Counted from the stretch's first letter, positions 49,126 through 59,547 are shown. The stretch: DNA of 64,000 nucleotides from Bacteriovoracia bacterium (GCA_050246755.1 JBFWVL010000001.1:1216001-1280000), one strand, 5' to 3'. Notes: generated from the letters alone by a model not told the origin. A program made the numbers and translations.

Positions 49126-52100
49126 ATGCCGGCACCAGGAAGCGCCAAAAATTATAAGATTCAACTTACGCCCGAGCGCACTTTAGGCCCGATCGGCATC
49201 GAACGCGTGCGCGCGCTCGTGATGAAGGGTCGCATTCACGGCGATGAGCCTACCAGCGTGGAACCATTCCTCGAATGGAAACCATTTACTTCTTTCTCCG
49301 AACTCGGTGAATTGCTGCTGAAAAAAATGGAACAGGACCAAAACCGGGGTTCCGCCGCAGATACCAATCCCGAAGTGGAAGTGGCCACCAAGACATTGGC
49401 CCACGTGAGTTTTCCCGATCGCCCGCCTGGTGCCGATAAAGAAGAAGATGAAAGCTACGGAATGCCCACCCTGGTGGATATTCCCACTCCACCTCCCGAA
49501 CCTGAAAATCCCGACAACGAAAAAACCATGGTCGGCCTCCTCATGCCTCTTCCGGAACAGGAAGACGGTGCCACTAAAATGCTTTCCCTCGACACCGTGG
49601 AAAAGGAGATGGAAAAATATATTCCGCCCCCTCCTCCGCCCGCTCCCGTGAAGAAATCGCTGTTCGGTCTCGGCAAGCCCATCAAGGCCGAAGACTACGT
49701 AACCGAGACCGGCAAAAAGCGCTTGCTCACTCGCAATACAGCGGCGCTCTTGGCCATGGGAATTCTGGCCATCGCCTATCTCTCCGCCCAACCCCAGCCC
49801 GGCGACCCTTCGCTGATTCTTCCGCGCTACCATACTTTCCCTTACGTGGAAGTGAATATGCCTCCGCGCCTCGGCGCAATCGCCGATCCCGCCATCTCCG
49901 CGGAACTCACGGAAAAAGGCCAAAAGCTTATCGAAGCGGAAACTCCCAGCGCCTATATCCTCGCGATCAGAAAGTTTTTCTACAACGGGGCGGGAAAAAA
50001 TCCGCAAAACTACGACGCGCGCGCGCTGCTCGCCTCCTCCTATATGCGCCTTTCCGAAATCGTGCCCCGCGATGAGCGCCTGTTCGAAACCGTGGACAAG
50101 CTTCTCCTTCCGGGCCCGTCCAGCAGCCAGTGGACTCCCGAATACGTGGTGGCACGTGCCGAATACTACCAAATGCTCAATCGCCACGATCAAGCGCAGG
50201 AAATCGTGGATAACTTTCTAAAAGCGCGGCCAACCGCCGAGCTCTATTACCAAAAAGCGAAAATCGCCTACGAGCGGCGTGAGCTCGACCTCGCCCTAAA
50301 CTCGATTAATAAATCGATTCCTCCCGAAGGCGTGCAGAAAGCAAACCCCCGCCACATTCTGCTTCAGGCGATTCTCTTGCAGAAAAAAGGACAGAGCGAC
50401 GCCGCTCAACAAGCCTTCAAGCGGCTCTACAAAGAGCACCGTAATTTCGGTCCCGGTTTAATCGCCTACGCGGAATATTTGCTTACCACTGGCAAACCCA
50501 AAGAAGCGCGTGCCTTGCTGGGGTATTTACTCGAGCGTCCTTACCTCATGGACCGCACGCAGCTCGCCGAAGCCTTCGTGGTAGCTGCCCGTACCTTCGA
50601 GACGCTGAAAGATATGCGCCGCGCGCTCGTTTTCGCCAACGCGGCCTACGGGATCCACTACAATAACGACGAAGCCGAAGATCTCCTAGTCCGGATCAAG
50701 TCCAAAATCCCCGAGACGCAAAAAGCCTATGAACAAATCATGCAGGGCCGGCAGAGAGAACAGGCCAAGCAAGCCGATCTCGCGCAGAATAACTACATCA
50801 AGGCGCTCGAAGAAAATCGTAAAGACCCTATCCCCTTCCTGCTCCTTGCTCATCTCTACGAAGAAAAAGGCAATATCGTGGAGGCCATCGATCGCTACCA
50901 AAAAGCGCTTTACGAAACCCCAGCCAAACCGATCGTGGCCGCCCTAAATCTCGCCCGCATCTACGCCACCCGTTTCGATTTCGAAAAAGCCGGAAACATG
51001 ATCAAGCTCGCCAGCGACATGAAGCGCAAGCGCGATCAGGTTCTCTTTTATCGGGGCTTAGTGCAACTCAAGCAAAAGCGCTACGATCTTGCCGAACCGT
51101 TTTTAGAAAATGCCCTTCATCTCGGATCCCGCTTCCCAGAGCTCTATATCCAAATGGGCGATTTTGAAACGAGAAGAAAAAATCAGAAGCTCGCCGAATA
51201 CTACTATTCCGTAGCGCTCCGTTACGAACCCTATCACGCCAAAGCCATGCTCGGCGTGGCCATGACCCGCTTTCACCTCGACAGCCCGTCGCGCGCCATC
51301 TCCTTCCTAAAAGACAAGCTCGCGGCCCAGCCTAATTCCGCCGCGATCATGACCAACCTTGCGATCATCTTCATTAAGTCCGGCGACCAAGATGCCGCCC
51401 GCTCTTATTTGCTCAATGCCATCCGCAGCGACGGAAAATACGCCGACGCCTTCCGGCTTCTCGGCAATCTCACCCGGGAAGAAGCGCTTCGCCAGAATTC
51501 CAACGATGAAGAGAAGAAGAAAAGCTACCAGCTTGCCCTGGCTAGCTACGTTCGCTATTCCCAGCTCGCCCCTCACGACCCCGAAGGCTACAAAGCCGTG
51601 GGCGATCTCTACCTAACCATCAACGATCTCGGCGCCGCCGCGCAGAACTACTATAAAGTTCTCGAGCTCACCCCCAACTATCCCGACGTTCGCCGCAGCC
51701 TGGCCGAAATTTCCCTCAACGGAAACGACGTGGACAAAGCCATGGAGCTTCTCAACAAAGAGATGGAGATCAATCCCGCCAACGACGCGGCCCTGGTCTC
51801 CAAGGGTGATATTTACCGCCGTAAAGGCGACTTTCAGGCCGCCACCAAGGCTTATACCGATGCCGCCCGCCTAAACGATAAAAACTCCGACGCCCTCTTC
51901 GGCCTCGGAGTTGTATATTCCGTGCAGGGTAGTTACGATAACGCCCTCTCCCTGTTTGGACGGGTAATCAAGCTCGACCCCCTCAAGGCGGAAGCGTATT
52001 TCGCCACGGGAGAGATTTACCAGAAGCAAAATAATCGCGGGAAAGCCAAGCAAGCGTTTATTAACTATAAGGGAATCGTACGGGATCCTCGCCTGGCCGC

Positions 52101-52137
52101 CCAAGCCGACCAGCGAATCCAGCAACTTTCGAGATAG
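49126..52137 (+). CDS. Large single-pass membrane TPR protein with N-terminal GYF_2-like domain
   Basis: N-terminal YKI..LGP...RVRALV..GRI, a Pro/acidic linker, one TM (AALLAMGILAIAYL), then about 750 aa of TPRs. Confidence 0.8.
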   Translation: MPAPGSAKNYKIQLTPERTLGPIGIERVRALVMKGRIHGDEPTSVEPFLEWKPFTSFSELGELLLKKMEQDQNRGSAADTNPEVEVATKTLAHVSFPDRPPGADKEEDESYGMPTLVDIPTPPPEPENPDNEKTMVGLLMPLPEQEDGATKMLSLDTVEKEMEKYIPPPPPPAPVKKSLFGLGKPIKAEDYVTETGKKRLLTRNTAALLAMGILAIAYLSAQPQPGDPSLILPRYHTFPYVEVNMPPRLGAIADPAISAELTEKGQKLIEAETPSAYILAIRKFFYNGAGKNPQNYDARALLASSYMRLSEIVPRDERLFETVDKLLLPGPSSSQWTPEYVVARAEYYQMLNRHDQAQEIVDNFLKARPTAELYYQKAKIAYERRELDLALNSINKSIPPEGVQKANPRHILLQAILLQKKGQSDAAQQAFKRLYKEHRNFGPGLIAYAEYLLTTGKPKEARALLGYLLERPYLMDRTQLAEAFVVAARTFETLKDMRRALVFANAAYGIHYNNDEAEDLLVRIKSKIPETQKAYEQIMQGRQREQAKQADLAQNNYIKALEENRKDPIPFLLLAHLYEEKGNIVEAIDRYQKALYETPAKPIVAALNLARIYATRFDFEKAGNMIKLASDMKRKRDQVLFYRGLVQLKQKRYDLAEPFLENALHLGSRFPELYIQMGDFETRRKNQKLAEYYYSVALRYEPYHAKAMLGVAMTRFHLDSPSRAISFLKDKLAAQPNSAAIMTNLAIIFIKSGDQDAARSYLLNAIRSDGKYADAFRLLGNLTREEALRQNSNDEEKKKSYQLALASYVRYSQLAPHDPEGYKAVGDLYLTINDLGAAAQNYYKVLELTPNYPDVRRSLAEISLNGNDVDKAMELLNKEMEINPANDAALVSKGDIYRRKGDFQAATKAYTDAARLNDKNSDALFGLGVVYSVQGSYDNALSLFGRVIKLDPLKAEAYFATGEIYQKQNNRGKAKQAFINYKGIVRDPRLAAQADQRIQQLSR

Positions 52138-52143
52138 GACATT

Positions 52144-53427
52144 ATGTTAGACCTCCGATGGATCATTGAAAACGAAGCCACTCTCCGCAAAAAATTGCAG
52201 GCCCGTAATAACTTTCCCACCGATTCCCTCGACCGTATCCTCGCCCAGGACGGAAAACGCCGGGAGCTTATTCAAAAAGTAGAAAAAGCCCGCGCGCGTA
52301 AAAACACTATCTCGAAAGAAATCCCGCAGAAGAAAAAGGCCGGCGAAGACGTTGCCCCCTTGATGGCGGAATCCACCAAGATCGGCCAAGAGATGGAAGC
52401 CGTGGACAAGGAGCTCAACGAGATCCAGGCCCAGATCGACAGCGATCTCCTCCAGATCCCCAACGCCTTCGACGATTCCGTGCCCGTGGGCTCGGATGCG
52501 GAAAGCAATAAAGAGATCCACCGCATCGGCGAGCCGAGAAAATTTTCCTTCCAGCCCCTCGACCACCACGACCTTGGCATAAAACTCGGTATCATCGATT
52601 TCGACCGCGCCGTGCGTCTCGCCGGACCCCGCTTTGCCGCGCTCCTCGGCAAAGGCGCCAAGCTCGAGCGCGCCCTCATCCAATTCATGCTCGATCTTCA
52701 CACCGAGCAACACGGCTATACTGAAATGATTCCGCCCTTCATGGCGAATACCAAATCCAATATCGGCACCACCCAGCTGCCAAAATTCAAAGAGGATCTT
52801 TTCAAGATCGAGGGCTTCGATCTCTACCTTATTCCCACCGCGGAAGTTCCCGTAACGAACTTCTACCGCGAAGAAGTGTTGGACGAAGAAAAACTTCCCA
52901 TCCAGTTCACCGCCTATACCCCCTGCTTCCGCTCGGAAGCCGGATCCTACGGCCGCGACACCAAAGGCCTCATTCGCCAGCACCAGTTCGATAAAGTAGA
53001 GCTCGTGATGTTCACCAAGCCCGAGCAATCGATGGAAATGCACGAGAAGCTCACCTCTCACGCCGAGCAAGTGCTCAAACTCCTCGAGCTTCCTTTTCGC
53101 CGTATGCTTCTTTGTTCGGGAGACATGGGCTTCGGATCCGTAAAAACCTACGACCTCGAAGTTTGGCTCCCGGCCCAGAACACCTACCGCGAGATCTCGA
53201 GCTGCTCGAACTTCGGCGATTTCCAGGCCCGCCGCGCCATGATCCGCTGCAAAGGCAAAGATGGGAGCAAGCCACGCTACCTACATACCCTTAACGGCTC
53301 GGGTTTGGCCGTAGGGCGCACGCTCGTGGCGATTTTAGAGAACTACCAGCAGGAAGACGGAAGCATTCTGATTCCTAGGGCCCTGCAAAAATATACCGGC
53401 TTTGACCGCATCGGCCCGGCAAGGTAG
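52144..53427 (+). CDS. serS: Serine--tRNA ligase
   Basis: MLD start, coiled-coil arm, [36 protein letters not shown] and [11 protein letters not shown]. Confidence 0.98.
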   Translation: MLDLRWIIENEATLRKKLQARNNFPTDSLDRILAQDGKRRELIQKVEKARARKNTISKEIPQKKKAGEDVAPLMAESTKIGQEMEAVDKELNEIQAQIDSDLLQIPNAFDDSVPVGSDAESNKEIHRIGEPRKFSFQPLDHHDLGIKLGIIDFDRAVRLAGPRFAALLGKGAKLERALIQFMLDLHTEQHGYTEMIPPFMANTKSNIGTTQLPKFKEDLFKIEGFDLYLIPTAEVPVTNFYREEVLDEEKLPIQFTAYTPCFRSEAGSYGRDTKGLIRQHQFDKVELVMFTKPEQSMEMHEKLTSHAEQVLKLLELPFRRMLLCSGDMGFGSVKTYDLEVWLPAQNTYREISSCSNFGDFQARRAMIRCKGKDGSKPRYLHTLNGSGLAVGRTLVAILENYQQEDGSILIPRALQKYTGFDRIGPAR

Positions 53428-53449
53428 AAGAATTACGGAAGCGCACCTA

Positions 53450-53539
53450 GGAGAGATGGCCGAGTGGCTGAAGGCACCAGTCTTGAAAACTGGCAGGGTT
53501 GCAAGACCCTCGTGAGTTCGAATCTCACTCTCTCCGCCA
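53450..53539 (+). tRNA. tRNA-Ser(UGA)
   Basis: Acceptor stem GGAGAGA/TCTCTCC plus GCCA, anticodon arm CCAGT-CTTGAAA-ACTGG, long variable arm AGGGTT-GCAA-GACCCT and T-loop GTTCGAATC. Confidence 0.97.
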
Positions 53540-53625
53540 ATCAAAAACATTTTTCAGTCATGATGCTGAAAAGCGCGTAAATCTAAAATCAAAACATAAA
53601 ATAGATTAATAATTTTTCGAAAAAA

Positions 53626-54195
53626 TTAGTAAACCGTAATCGACTCTACGATCACCGGCTCGAGCGGCACATCGCTGAAGCCGTCTTTATCCCCGGTGGC
53701 CACGCCCTGAATCCTGTCCACCACGTCGGTTCCGGCTATCACTTTCCCGAACACGCAGTAGCCCCAGTCATAACGAGAGGGTGGGTTGAGAAAATCGTTG
53801 TCCACGGCATTGATGAAAAACTGGGAGGTGGCGGAATGGGGTTCGCCCCGGCGGGCCATCGCGATGGTATACGCTTTATTTTTTAGGCCATTTTTTGATT
53901 CGTTTTTAATCGGGGGGTAGAGGGGTTCTTTGGTTTCCATGTCCGGAGTTAATCCACCTCCTTGGATCATAAATTTCGTGATCACGCGGTGAAAGATCGT
54001 ACCGTTATAGAAACCGCTCTTCACGTATTTTAGGAAATTATTTACGGTGATCGGCGCCCTCTCGCGATTGAGCTCAATCTTCATATCGCCCACATTCGTT
54101 TTGATCAGAACTTTAGGGGTGCCGGCATTAGCAATACCGCCGGGGAGCATTGCTAGAAAAAGAATTATCGGAATAGCACGAAAAGTTCGCATCAT
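53626..54195 (-). CDS. Exported cyclophilin-type peptidyl-prolyl isomerase (PpiA-like)
   Basis: Signal peptide, APITVNNF, FYNGTIFHRVI..FMIQGGG, IAMAR, SATSQFFIN and YCVFGKV. Confidence 0.94.
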   Translation of the reverse strand: MMRTFRAIPIILFLAMLPGGIANAGTPKVLIKTNVGDMKIELNRERAPITVNNFLKYVKSGFYNGTIFHRVITKFMIQGGGLTPDMETKEPLYPPIKNESKNGLKNKAYTIAMARRGEPHSATSQFFINAVDNDFLNPPSRYDWGYCVFGKVIAGTDVVDRIQGVATGDKDGFSDVPLEPVIVESITVY

Positions 54196-54209
54196 TCGCT
54201 CCAAGAAAA

Positions 54210-54836
54210 TCAGGAAATCAAAGGTCCGGCGGCGAAGATTGCCACGTTTTCTTCGGGGTGCAGGATCTCTTCGATCTCGAAACCCGCGGCGTGGATTTCC
54301 GCCTTCACTTCCTCTTCGGTGGCGTAGTAGATCGTGCCCGATTTATTCATCTTCGTTTCGGGATTTATCGGATCATCAGCCACATTGGGCGTGCCGACTA
54401 CGGTGCTGATGAGCAGGATTCCATCGCTTTTAACGGACGCGCGGCAGTTGGTAAGCCACTTGGTGCGGTCAGCACCCACGAGGCATTGCAAAAATTGGTG
54501 GGCCACTAAGCAGCCGTATTTTTTGGTGTAGTACTGAGGATTGAGCGCGTCACCACGCCAAATTTTAGCGTCTTCAAACGCAGCTAAGCGTGACCTGGTA
54601 TTTTTTACGGCCGTCTCGGAGAAGTCAAAACCAGAGTAGGTTTTTACGCCCATTTTTAAGAGGTACTCGGCGAGCCAGCCGCCGCCACAGCCGATTTCGA
54701 GCACGGAACGCTTCGTAGCGTACTCTTTTAGAGACTCACGCATGGCTTCATTGGTTTTCTCCATCTGGAGGTACCAATCTTGCTTTTTTTCTCGGAGATA
54801 TCTTGGCTCGGCGTCGTAATAAGCGCGTGTCTGCAT
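54210..54836 (-). CDS. Class I SAM-dependent methyltransferase
   Basis: VLEIGCGGG, GFDFSETA, GDAL and VKSDGILLI. Confidence 0.88.
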   Translation of the reverse strand: MQTRAYYDAEPRYLREKKQDWYLQMEKTNEAMRESLKEYATKRSVLEIGCGGGWLAEYLLKMGVKTYSGFDFSETAVKNTRSRLAAFEDAKIWRGDALNPQYYTKKYGCLVAHQFLQCLVGADRTKWLTNCRASVKSDGILLISTVVGTPNVADDPINPETKMNKSGTIYYATEEEVKAEIHAAGFEIEEILHPEENVAIFAAGPLIS

Positions 54837-54894
54837 GCTTTAGATCTAGCATGCACCCTTGTCCGGCCCATAGAACCAAAATACTCTTCCGGGA

Positions 54895-55077
54895 TTAAGC
54901 TACGTCGCGGCGAATCGCTTCGTCGGCCGTGATCGATCCTGGTTCGGCAGTATTGTGATCATGGTTGATGTCACGAATGTCTTCGGGGGTAGGGGGATGG
55001 TATCCGCTCTCCGCCGCTTCCGCGCTTTCCACTAGTTCTTCGCCAGAAATCTGCTTTTGCTTCTTCTGTTTTTTCAT
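54895..55077 (-). CDS. Small hypothetical protein (60 aa)
   Basis: SD GGAGG upstream of ATG 55077. Basic N-terminus and acidic remainder. Confidence 0.6.
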   Translation of the reverse strand: MKKQKKQKQISGEELVESAEAAESGYHPPTPEDIRDINHDHNTAEPGSITADEAIRRDVA

Positions 55078-55161
55078 AAAGGCCTCCAAAGAGCAGATTA
55101 CCAAAAGAGCAATACTTCCGCAGCGGAAGGAACGCCGCACAATAAGTGACCGGCTTGGTTA

Positions 55162-55353
55162 TTAATCGTCGAGCCGATCGGCCGCGAATCCAGTGATCTC
55201 GCCTTCCTCAGCCTCATAAGAAACCTGGATGGGGCGGCAGCAGACTTCGCAGTCTTCAATATAGGACTGAGGTCCGGAGAAAGCCTCGCAAACGAAAGAA
55301 ATGGGAGAAAAGCAATAAGGACACTGCGCGGGTATTTCTTGTTCACCCATCAT
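55162..55353 (-). CDS. CPXCG-motif cysteine-rich small protein
   Basis: QCPYC...QSYIEDCEVCCRPI. TAATG overlap with the upstream gene. Confidence 0.85.
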   Translation of the reverse strand: MMGEQEIPAQCPYCFSPISFVCEAFSGPQSYIEDCEVCCRPIQVSYEAEEGEITGFAADRLDD

Positions 55354-56330
55354 TAGAAAAGCGCCACGAGCTTAAGGCCAAAACTAGAGGCAGGCTCTAC
55401 GTCTAGGCGACGCCCGGTCTTACGATCGCTAAAGCCCTTGCCCTCATAGTAATCTCGCTTAAAGGTATAGCGGGCGCCGAGGTCCATGAGCAAATAAGCA
55501 TTTAGAGGCATGGTAAATCCTAGGTGCAAATCTCTTTCCACGGCGAATAGACGATCCCGCTTATCGTCCCGCCCCGCGCGCAGGAAAACATCCTGGCCGG
55601 AACGAAACCCAAAGTAAGCACGAGCCGGCCCAAATAAGTAATAACTAATTTCCACTTGGCCGCTTTGCACCGGAAAGTAGAAGCCGCTCAAGAACCACTT
55701 TCCGCCGGGACGCCAAAAAAATCCCAGGACGGGAGCACCCACGAAAAGTTTCCAGCTGTCACTGCGGTCGAATAAGTACCCTACTCCGGGAAGGGGGATC
55801 CACGGCAGAAACCCGCGGGTATTGGATTCGTTCACCAGAACCAGCCACTGGTCTTTGGCCTTGCCAGCGGGAAAGCGGTAAGTAAAATTCGCGCTCAAGG
55901 AAACTTCTCGCATGGTGCGGAAGGGCTTATCGCTGGGAGAACCAATACCCAGGCTGGCGCCGATACTTCGCTCACCCTCGAGAGGCTTGCGGTAGTTTCC
56001 CGAAAGCGAAACGTTCCATAGCTGCTTGGGCAAGGCATTGCGTGAATCCGGAAATACGGCCGTTGTCTTCGTTTGATCGAGCTCTACGTTCCCTTCCACG
56101 TTGAGAAACGCGGGGTCATTGCGCAAAGTGTGACTGGCGCGCATCCGGTGTTTTTGCAGAGAGAGCTCTGCGATCTTTCCTTGCACATTTTCTTTCTCGT
56201 ATAGCTGCCCTTCGTAGCTGACGCGATTATTACCGGGGCGCTTCGGGGCTGCGAATAGATCCTGAAATAAATCAGCTTCGGCGGCGAACGCGGTGGAGGA
56301 AAGCAACGACAGGAGGAGAAAAATTTTCAT
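55353..56330 (-). CDS. Putative outer-membrane beta-barrel protein
   Basis: Signal peptide MKIFLLLSLLSSTAFA, alternating amphipathic strands, PLPGVGY and terminal Phe (LKLVALF). Confidence 0.7.
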   Translation of the reverse strand: MKIFLLLSLLSSTAFAAEADLFQDLFAAPKRPGNNRVSYEGQLYEKENVQGKIAELSLQKHRMRASHTLRNDPAFLNVEGNVELDQTKTTAVFPDSRNALPKQLWNVSLSGNYRKPLEGERSIGASLGIGSPSDKPFRTMREVSLSANFTYRFPAGKAKDQWLVLVNESNTRGFLPWIPLPGVGYLFDRSDSWKLFVGAPVLGFFWRPGGKWFLSGFYFPVQSGQVEISYYLFGPARAYFGFRSGQDVFLRAGRDDKRDRLFAVERDLHLGFTMPLNAYLLMDLGARYTFKRDYYEGKGFSDRKTGRRLDVEPASSFGLKLVALF

Positions 56331-57565
56331 CGTTTTTCCGGAATCGCGCGATGAATTTGATACATCATGAATAGGGTGACTACCGAGGCGCCGATGATCA
56401 CGTAGCCAATTTTATCAAAATGCAAGAGCGGGCTTTTCTCGCTTTCTTGCACCACGATCAGCCCCGCAATTACAGAGGCAAAACCTCCCGAAATTTGTTG
56501 CAGGGAGGAACTAATTGCCATGAAAGATCCACGGCTCGCCGGATCCGGCACGGCCGACATCAATGCCTGGGAAGGGATCATTCGCGAAAAAATCCCCACG
56601 AAAAGAATGATATTCACGATGATCACCCAAGTCAGTGGCGTTACCCCGAGGTGCGTATAGATATAAACCATCACGATGCTCAGCATCGTACCGAATACGA
56701 ATACATTGAACTTTCCGTAGCGGTCGCTAAGCCGACCGACCATCGGGCCAATCAGAATCGCCGCGATACCCGTAAGCAAGTAGATCATCGGGAGTTTTTC
56801 CACCTGAATGCCGAGATTATTCACCGTGAAGGCGCTACCAAACGGCATCAACATATAGCCGCCCGTAGCCAATAAGGCGGTGGCACCAAATCCCGTGAGG
56901 TACCTCGTATTGGTAACCGTGGCGATTAAATGGTGGAAAGCGTTCTTATCGGGACGCAACTTCAAGTGCGCGTCCACCGGACGCAAATAAACGAAGATCA
57001 CCACCCCTACTAGGGAACTTACGGCCACGATCATCAGGAAAGGCGCGTGCCACCCCCAAAGGTTGGAGAAAAATAAGCCGGCCGGAATTCCTAATACTTG
57101 GCTGGCCGCAAATGCGGTTTGAATAAACCCCATCACCCGCCCGCGCATTTCAAACGGAAATAAATCCGCGGTGATGGCGAACACGGTGGACCCCACCACG
57201 CCGCCGAAAAAACCGGTGATCAGACGGGCGAACATCAAAAAATGAAAGTTCGGAGCAATGCCGCAGAGGAGAGTGCCAAGCACGAAACCGCAGTAGAAAA
57301 TCAAAAGCAGTTTCTTCCGATCGAAGCGATCGGCGAATCCCGCCGCAAGCAGCCCCGAAATTCCGGCCGCGAAAGCGTATACCGAAACCACCACGCCGAA
57401 CTGCGAAGGGGAAATTCCCAATGAGGGCATGAGGATCGCGCCCAGCGGCGAGATGATCATGAAATCGAGGATGATCGTGAATTGCAGGAATGCGAGGAGC
57501 GAAACTACGAATTTCTGGTATCCCGTGAATGCGACTACGCCGCCGCTAACTGCTTTCAATGCCAT
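56327..57565 (-). CDS. MFS transporter
   Basis: About 12 TMs, motif A GFADRFDRKK, ARLITGFFGG and GRLSDRYGK. Confidence 0.93.
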   Translation of the reverse strand: MALKAVSGGVVAFTGYQKFVVSLLAFLQFTIILDFMIISPLGAILMPSLGISPSQFGVVVSVYAFAAGISGLLAAGFADRFDRKKLLLIFYCGFVLGTLLCGIAPNFHFLMFARLITGFFGGVVGSTVFAITADLFPFEMRGRVMGFIQTAFAASQVLGIPAGLFFSNLWGWHAPFLMIVAVSSLVGVVIFVYLRPVDAHLKLRPDKNAFHHLIATVTNTRYLTGFGATALLATGGYMLMPFGSAFTVNNLGIQVEKLPMIYLLTGIAAILIGPMVGRLSDRYGKFNVFVFGTMLSIVMVYIYTHLGVTPLTWVIIVNIILFVGIFSRMIPSQALMSAVPDPASRGSFMAISSSLQQISGGFASVIAGLIVVQESEKSPLLHFDKIGYVIIGASVVTLFMMYQIHRAIPEKR

Positions 57566-57772
57566 GAATGAACCCTTGGTTTGGAGAAATCTGGAGAAGA
57601 TTAATTATTGCGTGCTGCTTTTCTCTTTGGAAGAGATGGGGCCATTTTTCTGCTTTTTCCAGACTAACGCTGGTTCTAACCCCTTAAAATATTTAAAAAA
57701 TAGGCTATTCCTTGCGTATTTATGCATTGCGTTATAAAAGTCTTCAACCACTACTTCTTTTGGAGACCCCTA

Positions 57773-58339
57773 ATGCGTCACATCCTTCTCGCCCTAGCTT
57801 TCCTATCCGCCGCCCCGGCCTTTGCCGGAACGCAGATGCGTTCGCGTGCTACCGTAATCAAAGGCGCCTTGATTCGCGCCGGCGGCCCCGGAGGAGCACA
57901 ATCAGCTCCCGCCTCCACTATCCAAGGCCTCTGCGAAGAAGGCGTGCGCAAAGTATTCTATCTTTACCCTGAAAATAACTTCAACACTCGCGGCACCTAT
58001 CGCTGCTCGCGCGGAACCACCGAGTATACCGGCGGAGCCTTCCGCGGCCCCGCGGTAAAAGGCGTACTCGCTGAAGTACTACGCTCGGCGAACGAAGGGG
58101 GCGGCCCCGTTCTCGTTCATTGCTGGAATGGCTGGCATGCCGCCGGTGAAATTTCCGCGCTCGCGCTCATCCAATTCTGCGACTGGTCCGGCCAGCGCGC
58201 GGCCGACTACTGGGTAAAAGGGATCCAAGACAAAGGCAACCTCGGCAAATACGGAAGCATCATCAACCGCATCCGCAATTTCCAGCCAATTCCCGGCCTG
58301 CGCTTCTCCGATTCGCAAAAAGCCAGCCGCTGCCCATAA
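57773..58339 (+). CDS. Secreted protein-tyrosine/dual-specificity phosphatase-fold protein with atypical P-loop
   Basis: SD GGAG and signal peptide MRHILLALAFLSAAPAFA. LIRAGGP and GPVLVHCWNGWHAAG match a PTP-type P-loop with Ala in place of Arg. Confidence 0.65.
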   Translation: MRHILLALAFLSAAPAFAGTQMRSRATVIKGALIRAGGPGGAQSAPASTIQGLCEEGVRKVFYLYPENNFNTRGTYRCSRGTTEYTGGAFRGPAVKGVLAEVLRSANEGGGPVLVHCWNGWHAAGEISALALIQFCDWSGQRAADYWVKGIQDKGNLGKYGSIINRIRNFQPIPGLRFSDSQKASRCP

Positions 58340-58364
58340 TTTTAAGGCAGAAATCAATTTTCAT

Positions 58365-58391
58365 AAAAGGCAGCGGAACCCGCTGCTTTTT
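58365..58391. terminator. Bidirectional intrinsic terminator
   Basis: AAAAG-GCAGCGG-AAC-CCGCTGC-TTTTT between convergent genes. Confidence 0.8.
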
Positions 58392-59063
58392 CTATTTTTG
58401 GGATAGGGCGGCTGATATTACCGATAAAATCCGCGCCCGCGCCGCTTTTCCACGAAGGCAACGCTGATTAATTTCCAGCTCTAGTCCAATATATCTGTCT
58501 GCCGGAAATTCTTTCCTTAGCGCCGTAACCAGCCCGTTCCCCGTTCCGCGGTAAGGAAGATTGCGGTGAACGGCGAAATCTGTTTCTTTGCGTAGTTTTT
58601 TTTGCAGTCCGAGGCACAATTCCGTTTCTAATTTCCTCTTGGGATCGTGGAGTAAGCCGATATCGGTTTTTCTCACTGAGCCATAGAGAACCGGGGTAAA
58701 GGAGTGCACGCCAACATGAATCACCCAGTCTAGCTTCCGAATTGCTTGGCGTACCTTGTTCCAATGAGCTTCGTGATATTTTTCAATCAACTCCCTTTTT
58801 TCTTTCTCGGGGAGTGGCCTCGTCCAATCAGAGAAAACGCCCCGATTATCGGAAGTGCGATTGAGATCCACCAGCAGTCGGGAATTTTTTCCTAGAATTA
58901 CCTTCGTCCGTAACGCTTTAGCCAGGCCCTCGGCTAGCTCCTTCGCGCCTTCATCCCAGCCGCGGTGCGTACGCAGAATTTTTTCTTCTCCGCGAAATAG
59001 TACTCGATACGCCGCGGGAATATCTGCGGAACTATGCTCGCAGGTAAAAAGATACTTGTTCAT
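58392..59063 (-). CDS. N-formylglutamate amidohydrolase family protein
   Basis: TCEH, HRGWDEGA, SRLLVDLNR, VHSFTP, N.PYRG and ELEINQ. Confidence 0.88.
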   Translation of the reverse strand: MNKYLFTCEHSSADIPAAYRVLFRGEEKILRTHRGWDEGAKELAEGLAKALRTKVILGKNSRLLVDLNRTSDNRGVFSDWTRPLPEKEKRELIEKYHEAHWNKVRQAIRKLDWVIHVGVHSFTPVLYGSVRKTDIGLLHDPKRKLETELCLGLQKKLRKETDFAVHRNLPYRGTGNGLVTALRKEFPADRYIGLELEINQRCLRGKAARARILSVISAALSQK

Positions 59064-59130
59064 CTCCTACCTATAGCAAATCCTCCGCGTTTTTATTGGC
59101 CGTATTATGAAAAAACGTTAGGCTAGCGCC

Positions 59131-59547
59131 ATGAATAAAGCGCTTATCTATCCAATGTTTTCCATGGTGCTGCTAACCTTCGCGGTGGCTGCAATTCTCT
59201 TGAAGGTGCGGGTCAAGGCCGCACTTAGCGGAAAAGTTCAGATGCGTTACTATAAAACCTTCACCGAAGGAGAACCTACCGAGGAAATGCTCAAAGCCTC
59301 GCAGCATTTTACCAACCTCTTCGAGATCCCCATTCTCTTCTACGCTGGCTGCTTGGCGGCCATGCAAACGGAGGTAACGAAAGGAATTATTATTTCGGCC
59401 TGGATCTTTGTGCTTTCACGCGTAGCCCATGCCGTTGTTCACATTGGATCGAATCGGGTGAAGTACCGCATGCGCGCTTATCTATTAAGCTGGTTCGCGT
59501 TGATGAGCCTGTGGATAGGAATCGTATGGAACGTGGCGCAAAGTTAA
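59131..59547 (+). CDS. MAPEG family membrane protein
   Basis: Four TMs with HFTNLFEIPILFY, AWIFVLSRVAHA and N.VKYR. Confidence 0.88.
   Translation: MNKALIYPMFSMVLLTFAVAAILLKVRVKAALSGKVQMRYYKTFTEGEPTEEMLKASQHFTNLFEIPILFYAGCLAAMQTEVTKGIIISAWIFVLSRVAHAVVHIGSNRVKYRMRAYLLSWFALMSLWIGIVWNVAQS

Noticed and set aside
53450-53539. tRNA-Sec
   Set aside because: The anticodon is UGA (reads UCA, Ser), not UCA, and the acceptor stem is 7 bp.
53551-53572. TTTTCAG/CTGAAAA inverted repeat after the tRNA
   Set aside because: Weak AT-rich stem; not enough to call a terminator or operator.
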